Origin: Octopus sinensis
Taxonomy: Eukaryota
Assembly (NCBI RefSeq): GCF_006345805.1
Contig: NC_043000.1
Coordinates: 5,642,001 to 5,706,000, forward strand
Reading direction: 5' to 3'
DNA: 64,000 nt
The translations under genes were made by a program, and so were the position numbers. Shown in pieces: positions 36,236 to 50,591 of the stretch; position 1 is the stretch's first letter; each line of letters begins with the position of its first letter. The notes beneath the pieces are model-generated. The model was not told the DNA's origin, made no database searches, and worked only from the letters and a program-made list of their open reading frames with translations.

Positions 36236-36856
36236 TAGAATATAAAGAGGCAAAAAAATACGACAGGCACTAAGTTTGATAATCTTACCGACATATCACT
36301 CAAAGAAATAATCAGTGTATAGCATAACCACAAATTTATTTGTTGTGCTTGTTATTTTGGATTTTTTTTTTCGAAATGCTCTATCGATTCTGCAAATAAC
36401 CGAAAGCTTTCAAAATGTTATAATAACAAGTATTGCTTGATAAAAGCCAGAGTAAATATACTATCATATTATATGTTTGCATGTGTGCGCATGCGTGTGC
36501 GTGTGTAAATCAAATGAACGTATGCAGAAACCTTGGAGGAAAGCAGGTGGGGAGTAATCAAAATATATAAGAGATGTCAATGAATGAAGACAACAAGAAA
36601 CTATACTGTATTGCTTTACAAGGCATGTTTAATTATCCTATAATATTTCGGCAAAAGTTTCCCCCTTTTAAAGACAAAAATTAAAAATTATTCCAAAATA
36701 TGATTGGCTAATTAGACAATAACTATTCTTGCTTTGTTTCCATTCATTCACATTCACCTTACATATCTTACTTAGCTATCACCTACATGGCCGAAAGGTT
36801 TTGCAAACAGTTATCGCATTTACACATATTGCAATGCTTCAACTCATCATACTCTT

Positions 36857-36914
<58 letters not shown>

Positions 36915-36920
36915 GGGTGG

Positions 36921-38170
36921 GTGGATGGCAATTGCATGTTCTATGCACCCAGGGATTCCAGGGATCCCTGCTTTTTGGATTGCTTCGTTAACATATCCGT
37001 TATACTGTACGAATCTTATGATTCGTCTAGCAATAATTACAAACATGATTTTCCCATCAGTATTTAATAATGAAATGGGTCTGAATTGCCTCAGTGTTTT
37101 TGCATCTTTCTCTTCAGGTAAATAGATACCTTCAGCTATACACCATCGTTCCGCTACGTCTTTCTTCTTCTTCCACATTTCTCTTATCAGTGCAAGCAGC
37201 TGCACAAGTAATTTCGGGCAATACTTATACATCTTGTTGCTCACTCCGTCGTTTCCTGGTGAACTCTTTGCTCTTGCTTTTCTTATGAACTCATCCATTT
37301 CTTTTCATCTGATGTCACTCGAATCGAATGGTGCCCTTCAACCAGGTGGTTTCTTCAGCCCGTGCATTTCTGGGAGTCCTTTATTTCTGCCAAAGTCGCT
37401 CTATGTCCCTTTAAGATGGTGTTCGAGCTCTTCTTTAGTGTAATCTTCCGCTCTTACTTTCAGCAAACAAACGTTTCGCATATTGGTATGGGTTGTTTAC
37501 AAAGCTATAATAGTTCTTTTCTCTCTCCTTTCTTCTGTTCTTCCTTTCTTTTCTTAGTAGTTCTCGATGCCTCTTTTTCTATCTCTTCATATAGTTGCTT
37601 TAACCCTTTCCTTTCCTCCTCCTCCTCCTTTACATCACTCCATCTGGTTCTGAGTTTTTTCTTCTCTTCTTGTATCTTTGCGATCCGACTTTGCATTCCC
37701 TGTTCTTTCAAGTCCAAATCTTTTCTCTCCTTCCTCGTAGATTATTTTAGCCAAGTTCTCAAACTTTTGCTCGTCGTCCCCTTTGAATTTTGGCTGTTCC
37801 GATTCAACTGTGGAATGACCCTCGCTATAGTTTCTTTCCAGGAGGTTCTGGCCACACGTCTTATGGTTTTTCAACCTGCGCTGTTGAATTACTTTCCTCT
37901 GACACACCTTCCCTTGGTGAATTCGCAGCCCGATGTAACTAGCGAAAACCTTTCGCCGCTTCCTTTTTTGTTGTCCATTTTCGGTCCAAATCCATTCCTT
38001 TTCTTTTTCCCGTTCCTGTTTGATCCTCTAATCTACCCCCGTGCTCCGGGATCATGGGTACATGGTTTATCATGCTTACTTGCTGCAACTTTACCCCGGA
38101 TCGGGCTGTCGTATTGTCAATCGTCTCTCCGCTTTGTCATTCTGTTTTCTGGATTGTCAGCAAGTCTTTC
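36921..38170 (-). pseudogene. HERO-like RLE non-LTR retrotransposon, 5' half of ORF up to early RT
   Basis: KEELEHHLKGT*SD ... R*KEMDEFIRKARAKSSPGNDGV ... IYLPEEKDAK..QFRPISLLNTDGKI ... QKAGIPGIPGCIEH; stops and frameshifts; ends at (GA)n. Confidence 0.8.
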
Positions 38171-38221
38171 CCTGCAGGATGAAATATAAGATGAAATATA
38201 AGATGGCCCCAACACACAAAT

Positions 38222-38390
38222 GGGCGTGGCACTGTGCTAAGAAGCTTACTTCCCAAACACACGGTTCCGGGCTCCCTTCTACTGCAAGGCACCTTGAGAA
38301 AGTATCTTCTACTATAGCCTTGAGCTGACCAAAACCTTGTGAAGGGATTTAGTAGACGGAAACTGAAAAAAGCCTGTTGTTTATATATAC
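38222..38390 (+). mobile_element. SINE A head
   Basis: acggttccggg ... ggcaccttgagaaagtatc ... gacggaaactgaaa. Confidence 0.75.
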
Positions 38391-38434
38391 GTGTGAATGT
38401 GTGCGTGTGTATGGGTGTGTGTGCGTGTGTGTGT

Positions 38435-38860
<426 letters not shown>

Positions 38861-38865
38861 CAGAA

Positions 38866-39030
38866 GATTCTGCTGCCTATATATAAGATTTTTGTTGCTT
38901 AAATCTAAGATTTCGCTGCTTCTGCCTAAAATTCCTATTACTTTTATCCGAAATTTTGTTGCCTATATGTAAGATTTTGCTGGCTTTATCTTAGATTTTG
39001 TTGCATATATCTAAAATCTTGTTGCCTATA
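38866..39030. repeat. Degenerate ~21-bp minisatellite (aagattttgttgcctatatct)n
   Basis: About 7 decayed units by eye. Confidence 0.7.
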
Positions 39031-39428
39031 CACACACAAACACACACACACTTACGTGCACACACACACAAACACAAACACACACATACACACACATATA
39101 TATACATATACACACGCTGATTGAATTATGCTTAGAAGGACTCTTACATGTAAATTCTCAATTATTCAACATTAGCAGTTATCATGCCGTTATTCCCACT
39201 TTATCACGATCTTTTAACCTCTGCATTCATTTCGTGGCTTTTTGAAGAATTATCTCAGTAATTATATCCTGTAAAGAAAGTATTTTTGTAGAACAGAATA
39301 CAAATGAAATGTTCAGACTATACACGAAGTCTTGACAATTAACAGAAGCAACATTTTGCATGTTCATCAATTAAAGGTCTATTCTTCTGAAGAATAGAAT
39401 ATATACAGTCAATTTTGGTATTTGTTAC

Positions 39429-40185
39429 TAAGGTGGTCAGCTGGCTGAATCGTTAGCACGCCGGGCGAAATGATTGGCGTTATTTCGTCTGCCGCTACGT
39501 TCTGAGTTCAAATTCCGCTGAGGTCGACACTGCCTTTCATCCTTTCGGGGTCGATAAATTAAGTACCAGTTACGCACTGGGGTCGATATAATCGACTTAA
39601 TCTGTCCTTGTTTGTCCCCTCTGTGTTTAGCCCCTTGTGGGTAGTAAAGAAATAGGTATTTCGTCTGCCGTTACGTTCTGAGTTCAAATTCCGCTGAGGT
39701 CGACTTTGCCTTTCATCCTTTCGGGGTCGATAAATTAAGTACCAGTTACGCACTGGGGTCGATGCAATCGACTTTATCCGTTTGTCTGTCCTTGTTTGTC
39801 CTCTCTTTGTTTAGCCCCTTGTGGGTAGTATAGAAATAAGTATTTCGTCTGCCGCTACGTTCTGAATTCAAATTCCACCGAGGTTGACTTTGACTTTCAT
39901 CCTTTCGGGGTCGATAAATTAAGTATCAGTTACGTACTGAGGTCGATGTAATTGACTAAATTCCTTTGTTTATCCCCTCTGTGTGTAGCCCCTTGTGAGC
40001 AGTAAAGAAATAAGGATCGTTAGCACGCTTATCGATATTTCGCCTGTCGATGCGTTCTGAGTTCAAATTGCGCCGAGATCGACTTTGCTTTTCATCCTTT
40101 CGGATGTACTAGTGGAGTACTGGGGCCGATGTAATCGACTTAACCCCAAATTTCAGGCCTTGTGACTATAGTAGAAAGAATTATA
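39429..40185 (+). mobile_element. SINE B tandem array (about 4 units)
   Basis: Junctions aagaaataggtatttcgtc (~39650) and tagaaataagtatttcgtc (~39835). Confidence 0.88.
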
Positions 40186-40589
40186 GTTATTAACAATCCT
40201 TTTCTCCTTGTTGCGTTACTATTTATTCAGCATTTCCAAGTTACGTTGATATTTTATCTACAACAGTATGAAATATTATACTATTTTACTCTTTAATTCT
40301 TTTACCCGTTTCAACATGTGATGACCTGTGCCCACGCTGGAGCTCTTCCATTATATCAGCGATCTTAAGTAGACGCGCAAAGCAGTGACTAACAGTCAAA
40401 TTTTATAGCAAATATCTCTCAAACGGGTCTGAGAGATATTTGGATCGGTAAAAGGCATTTAACTGTATTTTTTCATGGAGAAAAAATTCTTGCTTAGGAC
40501 AAAACGGTGTAAAATACTATAGTCAGTTCAAAACGTCCTCTATTACATACATATTTCGGACTAATTTTGTTCTAGTCAGCTCCAGATGT

Positions 40590-40845
40590 AGAGGCGCGTG
40601 GCTTAGTGGTTAGGGTGTCAACATCATGATCGTAAGATTGTGATTTCGATTCCTGGACCGGGTGACGCGTTGTGTTCTTGAGCAAAACACTTCATTTCAT
40701 GTTGCTCCAGTCCCCTCAGCTGGCAAAAATGTGTAACGCTGCGATGGACTGGCGTCCCGTCCAGCTGGATGACACATATGCCATAGAAACCGGGAAACGG
40801 GGCCCATGAGCCTGGCTAGGCTTTAAAAGGGTGCATTTATTATTT
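40590..40845 (+). mobile_element. SINE D with V-domain-like segment
   Basis: gaggcgcgtggcttagtgg head; gcgatggactggcgtcccgtccag resembles the V-SINE core (from memory). Confidence 0.78.
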
Positions 40846-41184
40846 TTTTTCAGCTCCAGATACCAAAGGGAGACAACATTGAACTGACTAAAGAAGCTTA
40901 ATTTATCTCATAAGAAATCAATCAAAAATACTGACTGATGGTGCATATCGAAGGTCAGGTTGCAGTAAATTTGTTAGTAGATGCACAATTCAAGGAGTCA
41001 TTTATTACCTTGATTTATTGGTTTCTGTTCTTCCTGTTTGTCTATTTACATTAAATATTATATTGCTTTCTTTTGTCTGGACAGAAAACCTTGTATTTAC
41101 AGGAGAGCGGAAAAAGAAAAAAGTGAGATGTTGTAATACTTCTGCATTATTTTATTCTTTGCCAGTTACCTTTTATTTTGTGTG

Positions 41185-41602
41185 GTTTTTTACTCGTTTC
41201 AGTCATTGGACTGAAGCTAGACTGGGGCACTGCCTTCAAGGGTTTTATTCGAGAAATTGATCCCACTACTAATGTTTTTTCTATTTTTATCATTTTTCCA
41301 AGTCCGGTACTTAGTCAATCCGTCGCTTTTACCGAACCGCTAGGTTACAAAGACGTATGTAAATCAACACCTATTTCTTTATTGCCCACAAGGGGCTAAA
41401 CACAAAGGGGACAAACAAGGACAGACAAAGGGATTAAGTCGATTATATCGACCCCAGTGCGTAACTGGTACTTAATTTATCAACCCCGAAAGGATGAAAG
41501 GCAAAGTCGACCTGGGCGGAATTTGAACTCAGAATGTAACAGCAGACGAAATACCGCTAAGCATTTCGCCCGGCGTGCTAACGTTTCTGCCAGCTCGCCA
41601 CC
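41185..41602 (-). mobile_element. SINE A tail fragment abutting a full SINE B (41370-41602)
   Basis: Consensus matches to both groups. Confidence 0.8.
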
Positions 41603-42499
41603 TCTCGAACCAGTGAAATATCTACGACAGTCATGGTCAAACTGCGGCCTGCAACACTTTCTGAATGACACACCAACGAAACGCTAGCTTGAAATTTTTT
41701 GGAAGTGTGTACCGGCTGGATGACGAGCAATGCTTCTCGAAAAATGCTGTTCCTGCCTGATCTATGATGTCATAGCTGAAGAGAGGTAAGGGCTGCGCCG
41801 GCACTAAGGTTTGATACTTATTACAGCTAAGTAGTGTGGATTAACGTGAAATGAAGTGTCGTGCTCAAGGAATCGATGCACTACAAATTGCACCCACGAA
41901 TGTATGAATTTACGGTCGGAGGTCGAGCATGCTTACCACAAGGCCAGGCGCCTTCATGTGAAATAAGTGAAAGTTCGTAAATGTAGTGCTCCAGTATGGC
42001 CGCATGTCAATCACTGAAATCGATATGGGAGTAAATAATGCTCTAAATTGCTAAATTGAAGATTTCAGAAAAATGCAATAAAATCACTGCAGGAAATATT
42101 CTTATGATTCATTTTATTCCGAAATCAAATGTCAAAGTTCAACATGCTTTTCAATCAAATAAATAATAATATCAATTGGCGAAATAATAAAAGGGAGATA
42201 AAAATTGTCACAACATTCTAACAAAGGGAAATAAAATGGATACTTTCCGCTCGCGTTAAACCTCACAAATTGAAATTAATTGCTTAACTTATAAGTACGT
42301 AGATATTTGGCCTTTTGTTGTGATTTTTTTTTTTTTTTTGCTTTTTGCTCATCTCTTTCATATTCCTTTTGTTTTATTTTGCTTTGTTTTCTAAATCGGT
42401 TATCATACAAATATTTACAGAATATTGTTATAAATATATTCTCTTTGTTTCTATTCATTTTGGCAAAACATCAATGGTGTTCTTAACATGACACGCTAG

Positions 42500-42503
42500 T
42501 GAT

Positions 42504-42570
<67 letters not shown>

Positions 42571-42585
42571 ATATATATATATATC

Positions 42586-42659
<74 letters not shown>

Positions 42660-42938
42660 TGTGTGTTTGTGTGTGTGCGTGTGTAAGTAAGTTTGTGTGT
42701 GTGTATTTATGTATATATTTATTTATGTATGTATACACTTGAGTGACTGTGCGTGACTTCATTCTCTGTTTGAAGTTAATGTGCACCAGTGTCTCTACAT
42801 GAGTTTCCTATATCAGTTTCTTCAATTATTTTCAAAACATAATGCAAAGCAGAAGAGTTAGCGATGGCGTAAAAGCTAAAACGTCAACAAGACGGATTAC
42901 CAAGCTATTTCATATTTTGAGCACTATATCTCTTTCCC

Positions 42939-43006
<68 letters not shown>

Positions 43007-43215
43007 CGCTGTCTATATCTGTCTATGTCTCTTCTTATCTATTTCTCTTCCTCTCTACTCCTCTTCCTATCTGTCTACCTATCCTAAGATTGTCTTCCCT
43101 GAACTAGTCTTCATGTGTAAAATGTGTGATTTTGTGTATGTTTGTACGTGTGTGTGTGTATGTTTGTACGTGTGTGTGTGTGTGTGTGTGGTGTGTGTGT
43201 GTGTGTGTGTGTGTT
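42500..43215. repeat. (CA)n/(TA)n/(CT)n/(TG)n microsatellite cluster
   Basis: Direct reading. Confidence 0.9.
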
Positions 43216-43339
43216 CGAATCTGAACGCTACTGGAGACATACAACCCTTGTCGACCAAACTGGCAACCTGGCCAAGTTTCCTTGGTCAGGAGAGGGAATT
43301 TGAACACAGTGCAGGATCAAATACCTCCTTCCAAACGAT

Positions 43340-43960
43340 GTATGAACTTGGGGAACGCAATGTCCATCCAATAATCCTTTCTACTAGAGGCATAAGCTCT
43401 GGAATATGGGGAAAGGGACATAGTCGATTACATTGACCCCAGTTCTGAACTGGTGCTTATTTTACCGACAACGAAAGAATGAAAGACAAAGTTGACATTG
43501 GTGGAACATGAACTCCGAACGCAAAGGCGGATGAAATAACATAAGCATTTTGTCCGGCGTGATAACAATTCTGCCAGCTCATCGCCGTACGTTTGTCCAA
43601 TATGTATATATAATCACGTTAAATGTATGAGTATACTAGGTTAGTGTTATGCTGACACTTAATTCAACTGAGGTATAGAAAAAAATATAGAAGTAACTTT
43701 GTTGAAGTTGAAGGTTGAAGTTGAAGCAGGCAAATGGAGAAAGTGGGGCGGTGCATGTAGCAACATATCGTTGTGCTGCGTGAAGGTGGCAAGCGGCCAG
43801 AATCGTTACCGCGCCGGGCGAAATGCTTAGCGAGGTTGACTTTGCTTTTCATCTTTTTGGAGTCGATAAAATAAGTACCAGTATAGCATTGGTGTTGATG
43901 TAATCGACTTACCCCCTCCCCTGAATTTGATGGCCTTGTGCCAAAATTTGAAACCAATTT
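43340..43960. mobile_element. Two degenerate SINE B variants in opposite orientations (43340-43590 minus, 43780-43960 plus)
   Basis: Core and head motifs recognisable in both. Confidence 0.65.
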
Positions 43961-44299
43961 ATCGTCATGCTGCATTAAAAGCCATGAAGCCAGGCAAATA
44001 TTTAGAATGATGTTTTATGGCCTGGACACACACCAAGTTAGAGGAACTTGCGAGATCTGGAGGTCTTTTCAACCATTTTGACAATCATCAACATTCTCAT
44101 ACAAGCTTAACTGGCATTATTTCATCTTGTCATAGAGCATGTTGTGTCAGATCGAGAATAGAATTGGTGTGTGTCAGCTCTTTCTCATTAAATTGAGGGG
44201 AAAAAAACTTGCCTTATTGCAGAATCTACCAGGCCTTCGTCAACTTTGACGGGCGAACTAACATAAACACACATAGAGAAACACACGCACGCACGCACA

Positions 44300-44357
<58 letters not shown>

Positions 44358-44619
44358 GCACGCACGCACGCACGCACACATAAATATACGCACATACATA
44401 CACACACACATAGTTCATACTCCAATTTGTACTGCGATACATTCCGTTTAGCAAACTCCAAGAATATCTCTCCATCCAACAATGCTCAGCAGCGTAGGTG
44501 CTATCAGAAAATGGTCACGTTTTTTAACTCACACAGTAAAATTATTCCCCCCCCCCCACTTTGTTGTCCATGCAATTACCACGATAAACTGATTTCACTT
44601 TCAACCTTTCCAACTATTC

Positions 44620-45480
44620 AATAAATATGCTGTCTTAAACACTTGCTGGGGATCCATTCTTTGCTCTGAATGTTGGTCTTCCTCTCGTATGTCTTCGCCA
44701 TAAATCTATAATAAAGCATTTATTGCTTATCTCAGTTACTTACAGACCACTGCCTGCACGTTTTCTCATAAGTCATACACAAAGAACTCTGTGGTGTCGT
44801 GACAACCCCACAACATAACACCAGCTCTTGCAGCAATGCTTGACAAGCAGCAATGTCATACTGTCTGATATTAATCGGAGATAGTAAAAAGGTGAAGCCA
44901 CTCTCAGGAGATATAGCCATCCGGTTGGTTCCCTTTTCTGCTACATGCTTCACAATAGCTTCCTTTATTCAACAATCTCCCGTGCTTCCCAATACATATG
45001 ATGCGTATTAGGGAACCAATAAGTATGTTGTCCGCTCGTGTATACTAGCTACACAAACTTACTGCTTTAGTCGTGAATACAACGCAATTCTTTACTCACA
45101 ATATCTCATGACTTTCTAATTCTAGAAGGATATTCGTCCGTTTCTTATCCATTCTAGTACAACCCCCCCTTGTTTTGTACCACTCCTATCACTGCTTTCA
45201 TTTCCCAGATAGACAGAATATTTATTTCTTTTGCTCGATTTTCATCTCAACAAAACTGACTGACGTGTGCCAACGATCAGCTCCACCAACCTCCACCAAA
45301 TATCATAATATAATGAAGCAGTGAACTTTTACTACTTAAGCTCTACCACTAACGTTGTAAAAAGTACAGTTCTATACATGTGAAATATCCTCATAAACGA
45401 AGCCTTTCCTATCACTGGTCAGTGCACTTTCCATTCTTCCCATTCTTCTTAATGGCATTGTATCCATTTGGAGCGATCGA
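44620..45480 (-). pseudogene. Possible very old RTE LINE remnant
   Basis: Only weak traces (YLGS-like tatgtattgggaagc; YG.E..-like tatggcgaagac); no continuous frame. Confidence 0.25.
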
Positions 45481-45804
45481 TCTGAATTCAGAAAAAGGCC
45501 GTCTTGATAATACTACTCCTTAAATTTCACTCGATAACAATAATTAATCTGTTTCAATCACAGCTACAGCTTCAGTTCTCTTCTTGGCATTATTGAGAAG
45601 TATCGAGTAGATACAGAGGAGGGACTTAAGTGTTTCCTCCCTCGTCATTGGTACCAAATGTCCTCCAATTTCAAAGCGGATTTTTATGCTTTCTACTTCT
45701 GGCAAAAGGCGAAGAATTTTGAAAATAGAGGGCAAGTCAGCTATATTTACCCCTCCCCAGTACTTGGATAACAATAAACGATAAAGATCGTTTCCCGAGT
45801 CATA

Positions 45805-46170
45805 CAAACTCATAGAGCCGGCTTCCTGATTTCCTCACCTGGACGGGACAACGGTCTGTCACAGGATTACTCATTTTTGCCAGCTGAGTGGTCTGGAGCA
45901 ACGTGAAATGAAATATTTTGCTCAAGAACACTACACATTGCTCGGTCCAGGAATCGAAACCACAGGTTTACCATCATGAGTCCAACACCCTAACCACTCA
46001 GCCACGCGCCTCCACTCAGTATTTCACTAGTAATTTATTTCATCGACACCGGAAAGATCAAAAATAATGTTAACCTCGGCGAGATTTGAACTCTGAAAGT
46101 AAGGAGTAGAAAGAAATTCCGCTAAGCATTTTCTCCCACGCCGCTAATGACTCTACCAGCTCACCGCCTT
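45805..46170 (-). mobile_element. SINE D (V-like tail, 45805-46015) plus SINE B fragment (46020-46170)
   Basis: Minus strand gaggcgcgtggctgagtgg ... gtcccgtccagg. Confidence 0.75.
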
Positions 46171-46563
46171 ACGCTCATTATTATGATGCCACTCATTATT
46201 GCTTTGGCGTCAGTTCGCTAAAATTCTCATATTCCTGTTAAACGAGCGACTCCTTGTTTCCACTGAGGCGAAGTTGTATTCCATAAAAAAACAGAAACAC
46301 ACAGTGCTAAGAGCAGCAAATAACCTCCCATCTTCAACTACAATGAATAATTTTCAGGACCACTCACTATAGGTACCGGTCCGTTTTTCCCAGCACGTCT
46401 TCTTTCGTCAAACTGGCTGACGTAGTAAAACGTACAGCTAAATCATTCATCAACCAGAAATAAATGAAGGACGACCTGAATTTTCCGTATTAAATATAAT
46501 CTCATGATATCTGTATGTATATGTGTACATATGTATGTGCATGTATACATATATAAATGTATA

Positions 46564-46637
<74 letters not shown>

Positions 46638-46638
46638 G

Positions 46639-46695
<57 letters not shown>

Positions 46696-47439
46696 AATGT
46701 ATTTATATGCACATATATACAAACACGCATAAACATATGTATATAAATTGATAGTTGATATACGTACCAGAGATAAAGCTTGTAGACGTTATTATATACT
46801 CACCCATGTCTGTGTGTGTGTGTGTGTGTGTGTATGTGTGTGTGTGCGTGTTTATGTTGATCGTATTTTGTTTGTATGTTCTTTTTGTTTTATTCTTGCT
46901 GCTGATTGATATATACCAATTATTTAAATCTGAAAATCATAATCGAATACAAGACAACGTCAATATCAAATACTGATATACGATACGTCATGTCAAGGAG
47001 CCAAATGAAAATGAATGAAAAAATAAGCCACTTTAGTGCCTATATTTAGTGTAATGTGATATTAATGACGGTTCTAACTCGTGACGTTTCTCTTCTTTCA
47101 TCTTTTATCTTTTATTTTTTTCAGTGATTGGACTACGGCCATGCTGGGGCACCACCATAAAGAGTCTTCGTCGAACAAATCAACCACAGTACTTTTTTTT
47201 TAAAACCTGCTACTTATTGGATACGCATCATCACTGATGCCCCCCGGTTTGTAAGATGCTTCGAATCTTTCAGCATTAGAGTCCTTGTCCAGTCGTTGTA
47301 GCTGGGATTGACCATCTCTCAGATTGACCATCCTAGCATCAACGAACCACAGTCCTATCGTCGTTTTTTAAGTGGATTTCTCTGCAGATTCGGTGATGGA
47401 ACGTATGCCCACCCTTCTTTCCTACACTAGGGACTTCAA

Positions 47440-47700
47440 GCCCAGCCAAGGGTTTGCAGGTTGAGCAACTTGCAAATCCCAGCTAACCCTCTTCAGTTGT
47501 CTGTCAGCGACCCCGCCATCGGCTTGGATAATAGGGGGAATGTTAAACAGCTTTTAAGAAGAGCAAATAAAGTTAAGATAGATCTTATTGTTTTACGGTT
47601 AGTAGACTCGCAAACACCCACGGATCTATGCCGCGCAGATTCTGTTGCCGACATTCTTCGAAGACGCCTTGTTCCCGACAAAAGCAATGACCTTCTTTTC
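47440..47700 (+). pseudogene. Possible RTE endonuclease 5' remnant
   Basis: RGNVKQLL...KVKIDLIVL loosely echoes the APE start motifs WNVRTL...KIDI.AL.ETR. Confidence 0.25.
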
Positions 47701-47854
47701 AATTAATGTTATAACTTCCGCATAAATATGGTGATCAACTCAGCAGGTGCAGAGTGTAAAGAGCCTCAGACAAAGAACAGTCTTCAATAGGTTCTTCTAT
47801 GGAAGAGCTGACTGTGGCAAAATTATCGCTGGCGGAAGATCTATATTCTTTTCT

Positions 47855-48062
47855 ACTCTAGGTACAAGGCCCGAAATTTTGAGGGAGGGGGCCATTCGAT
47901 TAGATCGACCCAGTGCGCAACTGGTATTTAATTTAACGACCCCGAAACGATGAAAGGTAAAGTCGACCTCGGCGGAATGTGAACTCAGTGCGTAATGACA
48001 GTCGAAATACCGCTAAGCAATTCGTCCGGCGTGTTAACGTTTCTGCCAGCTCACCGCCTTGA
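47855..48062 (-). mobile_element. SINE B variant
   Basis: Core and head present. Confidence 0.8.
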
Positions 48063-48458
48063 AAAGGAAGGTATATACTGTAAGGTATATTTTATAAGTA
48101 CTGAAGAACTCGTCTCATAAGATGTATTAACTTTAAATCATCAAAATGAAGGTCTTTGTGCTTGAAAGCGGTAAAGAAGGAGACACACACACACACACAC
48201 ATACATATATATTCATATACGTACATACATACATACATACATACATACATACATACAATATATATACGGTGGTGCTCCAGTATGACTGCAGCCGCATGGC
48301 TAAAACGAGTAAAAGAATAAAAGAAATATATGTGTGTGTATACATATATATGTGTACATAAATGTAAATATATATACATATATATATATATGTATATATA
48401 TACACACATAAATATACATATATATATATATGTATGTATGTATGTATGTATATATATC

Positions 48459-48492
<34 letters not shown>

Positions 48493-48515
48493 ATATATAT
48501 ATATTCATATATATA

Positions 48516-48958
48516 GGCGCAGGAGTGGCTGTGTGGTAAGTAGTTGCTTACCAACCACATGGTTCCGGGTTCAGTCCTTGGGCAAGTGTCTTCTACTATA
48601 GCCTCGGGCCGACCAAAGCCCTGTGAGTAGATTCGGTAGATGGAAACTGAAAGAAGCCCGTTGTATATATATATGTGTGTGTGTGTGTGTGTTTGTGTGT
48701 CTGTGTGTGTGTGTGTTTGCCCCCCCCCCAACATCGCTTGACAACCGATACTGGTGTGTTTGCGTTCCCGTAACTTAGCAGTTCGGCAAAAGAGACCGAT
48801 AGAATAAGTACTAGGCTTACAAAGAATAAGTCCTGGGGTCGATTTGCTCGACTAAAAGGCGGTGGTCCAGCATGGCCGCAGTCAAATGACTGAAGCAAGT
48901 AAAAGCGTAAAAGAGAGTAAAGAGTATATATGTGTGTAAATATATGTATATATACATA

Positions 48959-49013
<55 letters not shown>

Positions 49014-49268
49014 TGTGTGTGTGTGTGTTTGCCCCCCCCAACATCGCTTGACAACCGATACTGGTGTGTTTGCGTTCCCGTAACTTAGCAGTTCGGCAAA
49101 AGAGACCGATAGAATAAGTACTAGGCTTACAAAGAATAAGTCCTGGGGTCGATTTGCTCGACTAAAAGGCGGTGGTCCAGCATGGCCGCAGTCAAATGAC
49201 TGAAGCAAGTAAAAGCGTAAAAGAGAGTAAAGAGTATATATGTGTGTAAATATATGTATATATACATA

Positions 49269-49313
<45 letters not shown>

Positions 49314-49315
49314 TG
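48516..49315 (+). mobile_element. SINE A whose 3' half plus flank is tandemly duplicated (period 310 bp)
   Basis: aacatcgcttg at 48730 and 49040; units appear identical apart from homopolymer and GT length. Confidence 0.9.
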
Positions 49316-49508
49316 TGTGTATGTATGTGTGCATTTCTTCATATAAAACATCAGAATTACATCATGATTTTTATGAAACCGAATTGCATCAAGATGCAAA
49401 TCCCAAGGCCGGTTTCCGTCAACCAAGGAGCTTACCTCCGTACCAACCTCGCCTCTGAGCTCAATTTTAACTGCAATGATGTTTTTCTTTGGCTTTTATT
49501 TTTCCCAG

Positions 49509-49579
49509 CTGTTTGTATCTTCAGGCAGTGTTGACAGCATTTTCCCATTTATCAACAAATAAAAATGATGAGAGAGAAG
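49509..49579 (+). CDS. Candidate 71-nt exon, unverified
   Basis: Acceptor ttttatttttcccag, donor aag|gtacta, open frame CLYLQAVLTAFSHLSTNKNDERE. Confidence 0.2.
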
Positions 49580-50591
49580 GTACTACCATAAACACTGTCA
49601 AAAGAGAAAGAAAAAAATTAACGTGTACACAAACAAATTAACGCATGAGTAAAAGCAAAGGTGTTACATTGACGCATCTGATCGGAATTGTTAACTCCAG
49701 ATAAAAGTAGTTATCTTTTTTTCGCTCACCTAATGAATTTCTGGTAATCAATTCATGCAATTTGCTTATCTGTTTTTGTTTTCTTTTTAGTTGTTGAGTC
49801 TTTTTTTCTTCTTCTTCTCGCTAAACTTTATCTTGATCGATAGAATAACATGTGGTATGTTTATCTTTGTGTCCAGTTCTTTGAATGTTGAAACGAGTTA
49901 TCAAATTGCTCAATTAGAATACTACTTCTTTGATAATACACTACGATGTATGTATATCACCCCGCTACTAATTATGATAGTATTGATTAAAGAATTCCGT
50001 TAGATACGTTTTAGTTACAGAAATTATGTTGCAACTAAAACATGCCTTGCGGAACTTACTTATCAGAAACGTGTGATTACTACGAAATTTTGAAAGGTGT
50101 ACATTAGTTAGATAATACTTAGACAAATCAGCTTCTTTCGAAAAATTAAGTTTCCGGATATCAGAATCTCAGGAATCAAAGAATGACCGTAATTTTCCGA
50201 ATTTGTTACATAACATTTGTGGTGTAGAGTTGGAAAGTCGAAGTATATAATCGAGGATACAATTCATGGCGTTTGCATTCAAAAGCCATTATGACAGACT
50301 TAGAAAAGGTAAAACTAATTCTTTTCAATTTTGGTACAAGGCCACCAATTTTACGGGGAAATTTTGGAGGAGGAACGTTGTCAATTACATCTACCTCAGT
50401 ACTTGACTGGTACTATTTTTTCTGTCAACGAAAGGATGAATGGCACAGTCGACCTGGTGGTATACGAACTCAGGACGTCAAAAAAGTGGAAGAAAGGCTA
50501 CTAAGTATCGTGTTCGCTGCGCTAGCGATTCTGCGAACTCGAAGTTGTACCAAACAGAATTTAAGTTCTATTCATGTCATATTTATGGCCC

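Noticed and set aside
37362-38189. Longest ORF (275 aa, plus strand)
   Set aside because: It is the antisense frame of the purine-rich HERO-like remnant and has low F/S/L complexity.
45544-45813. 89-aa minus-strand ORF
   Set aside because: It is built from a SINE D tail and a decayed SINE B variant tail.
49340-49470. Possible terminal exon (ELHHDF...QPRL*) or minus-strand 35-nt exon (KIELRGEVGTE)
   Set aside because: Both acceptors are purine-rich or weak.
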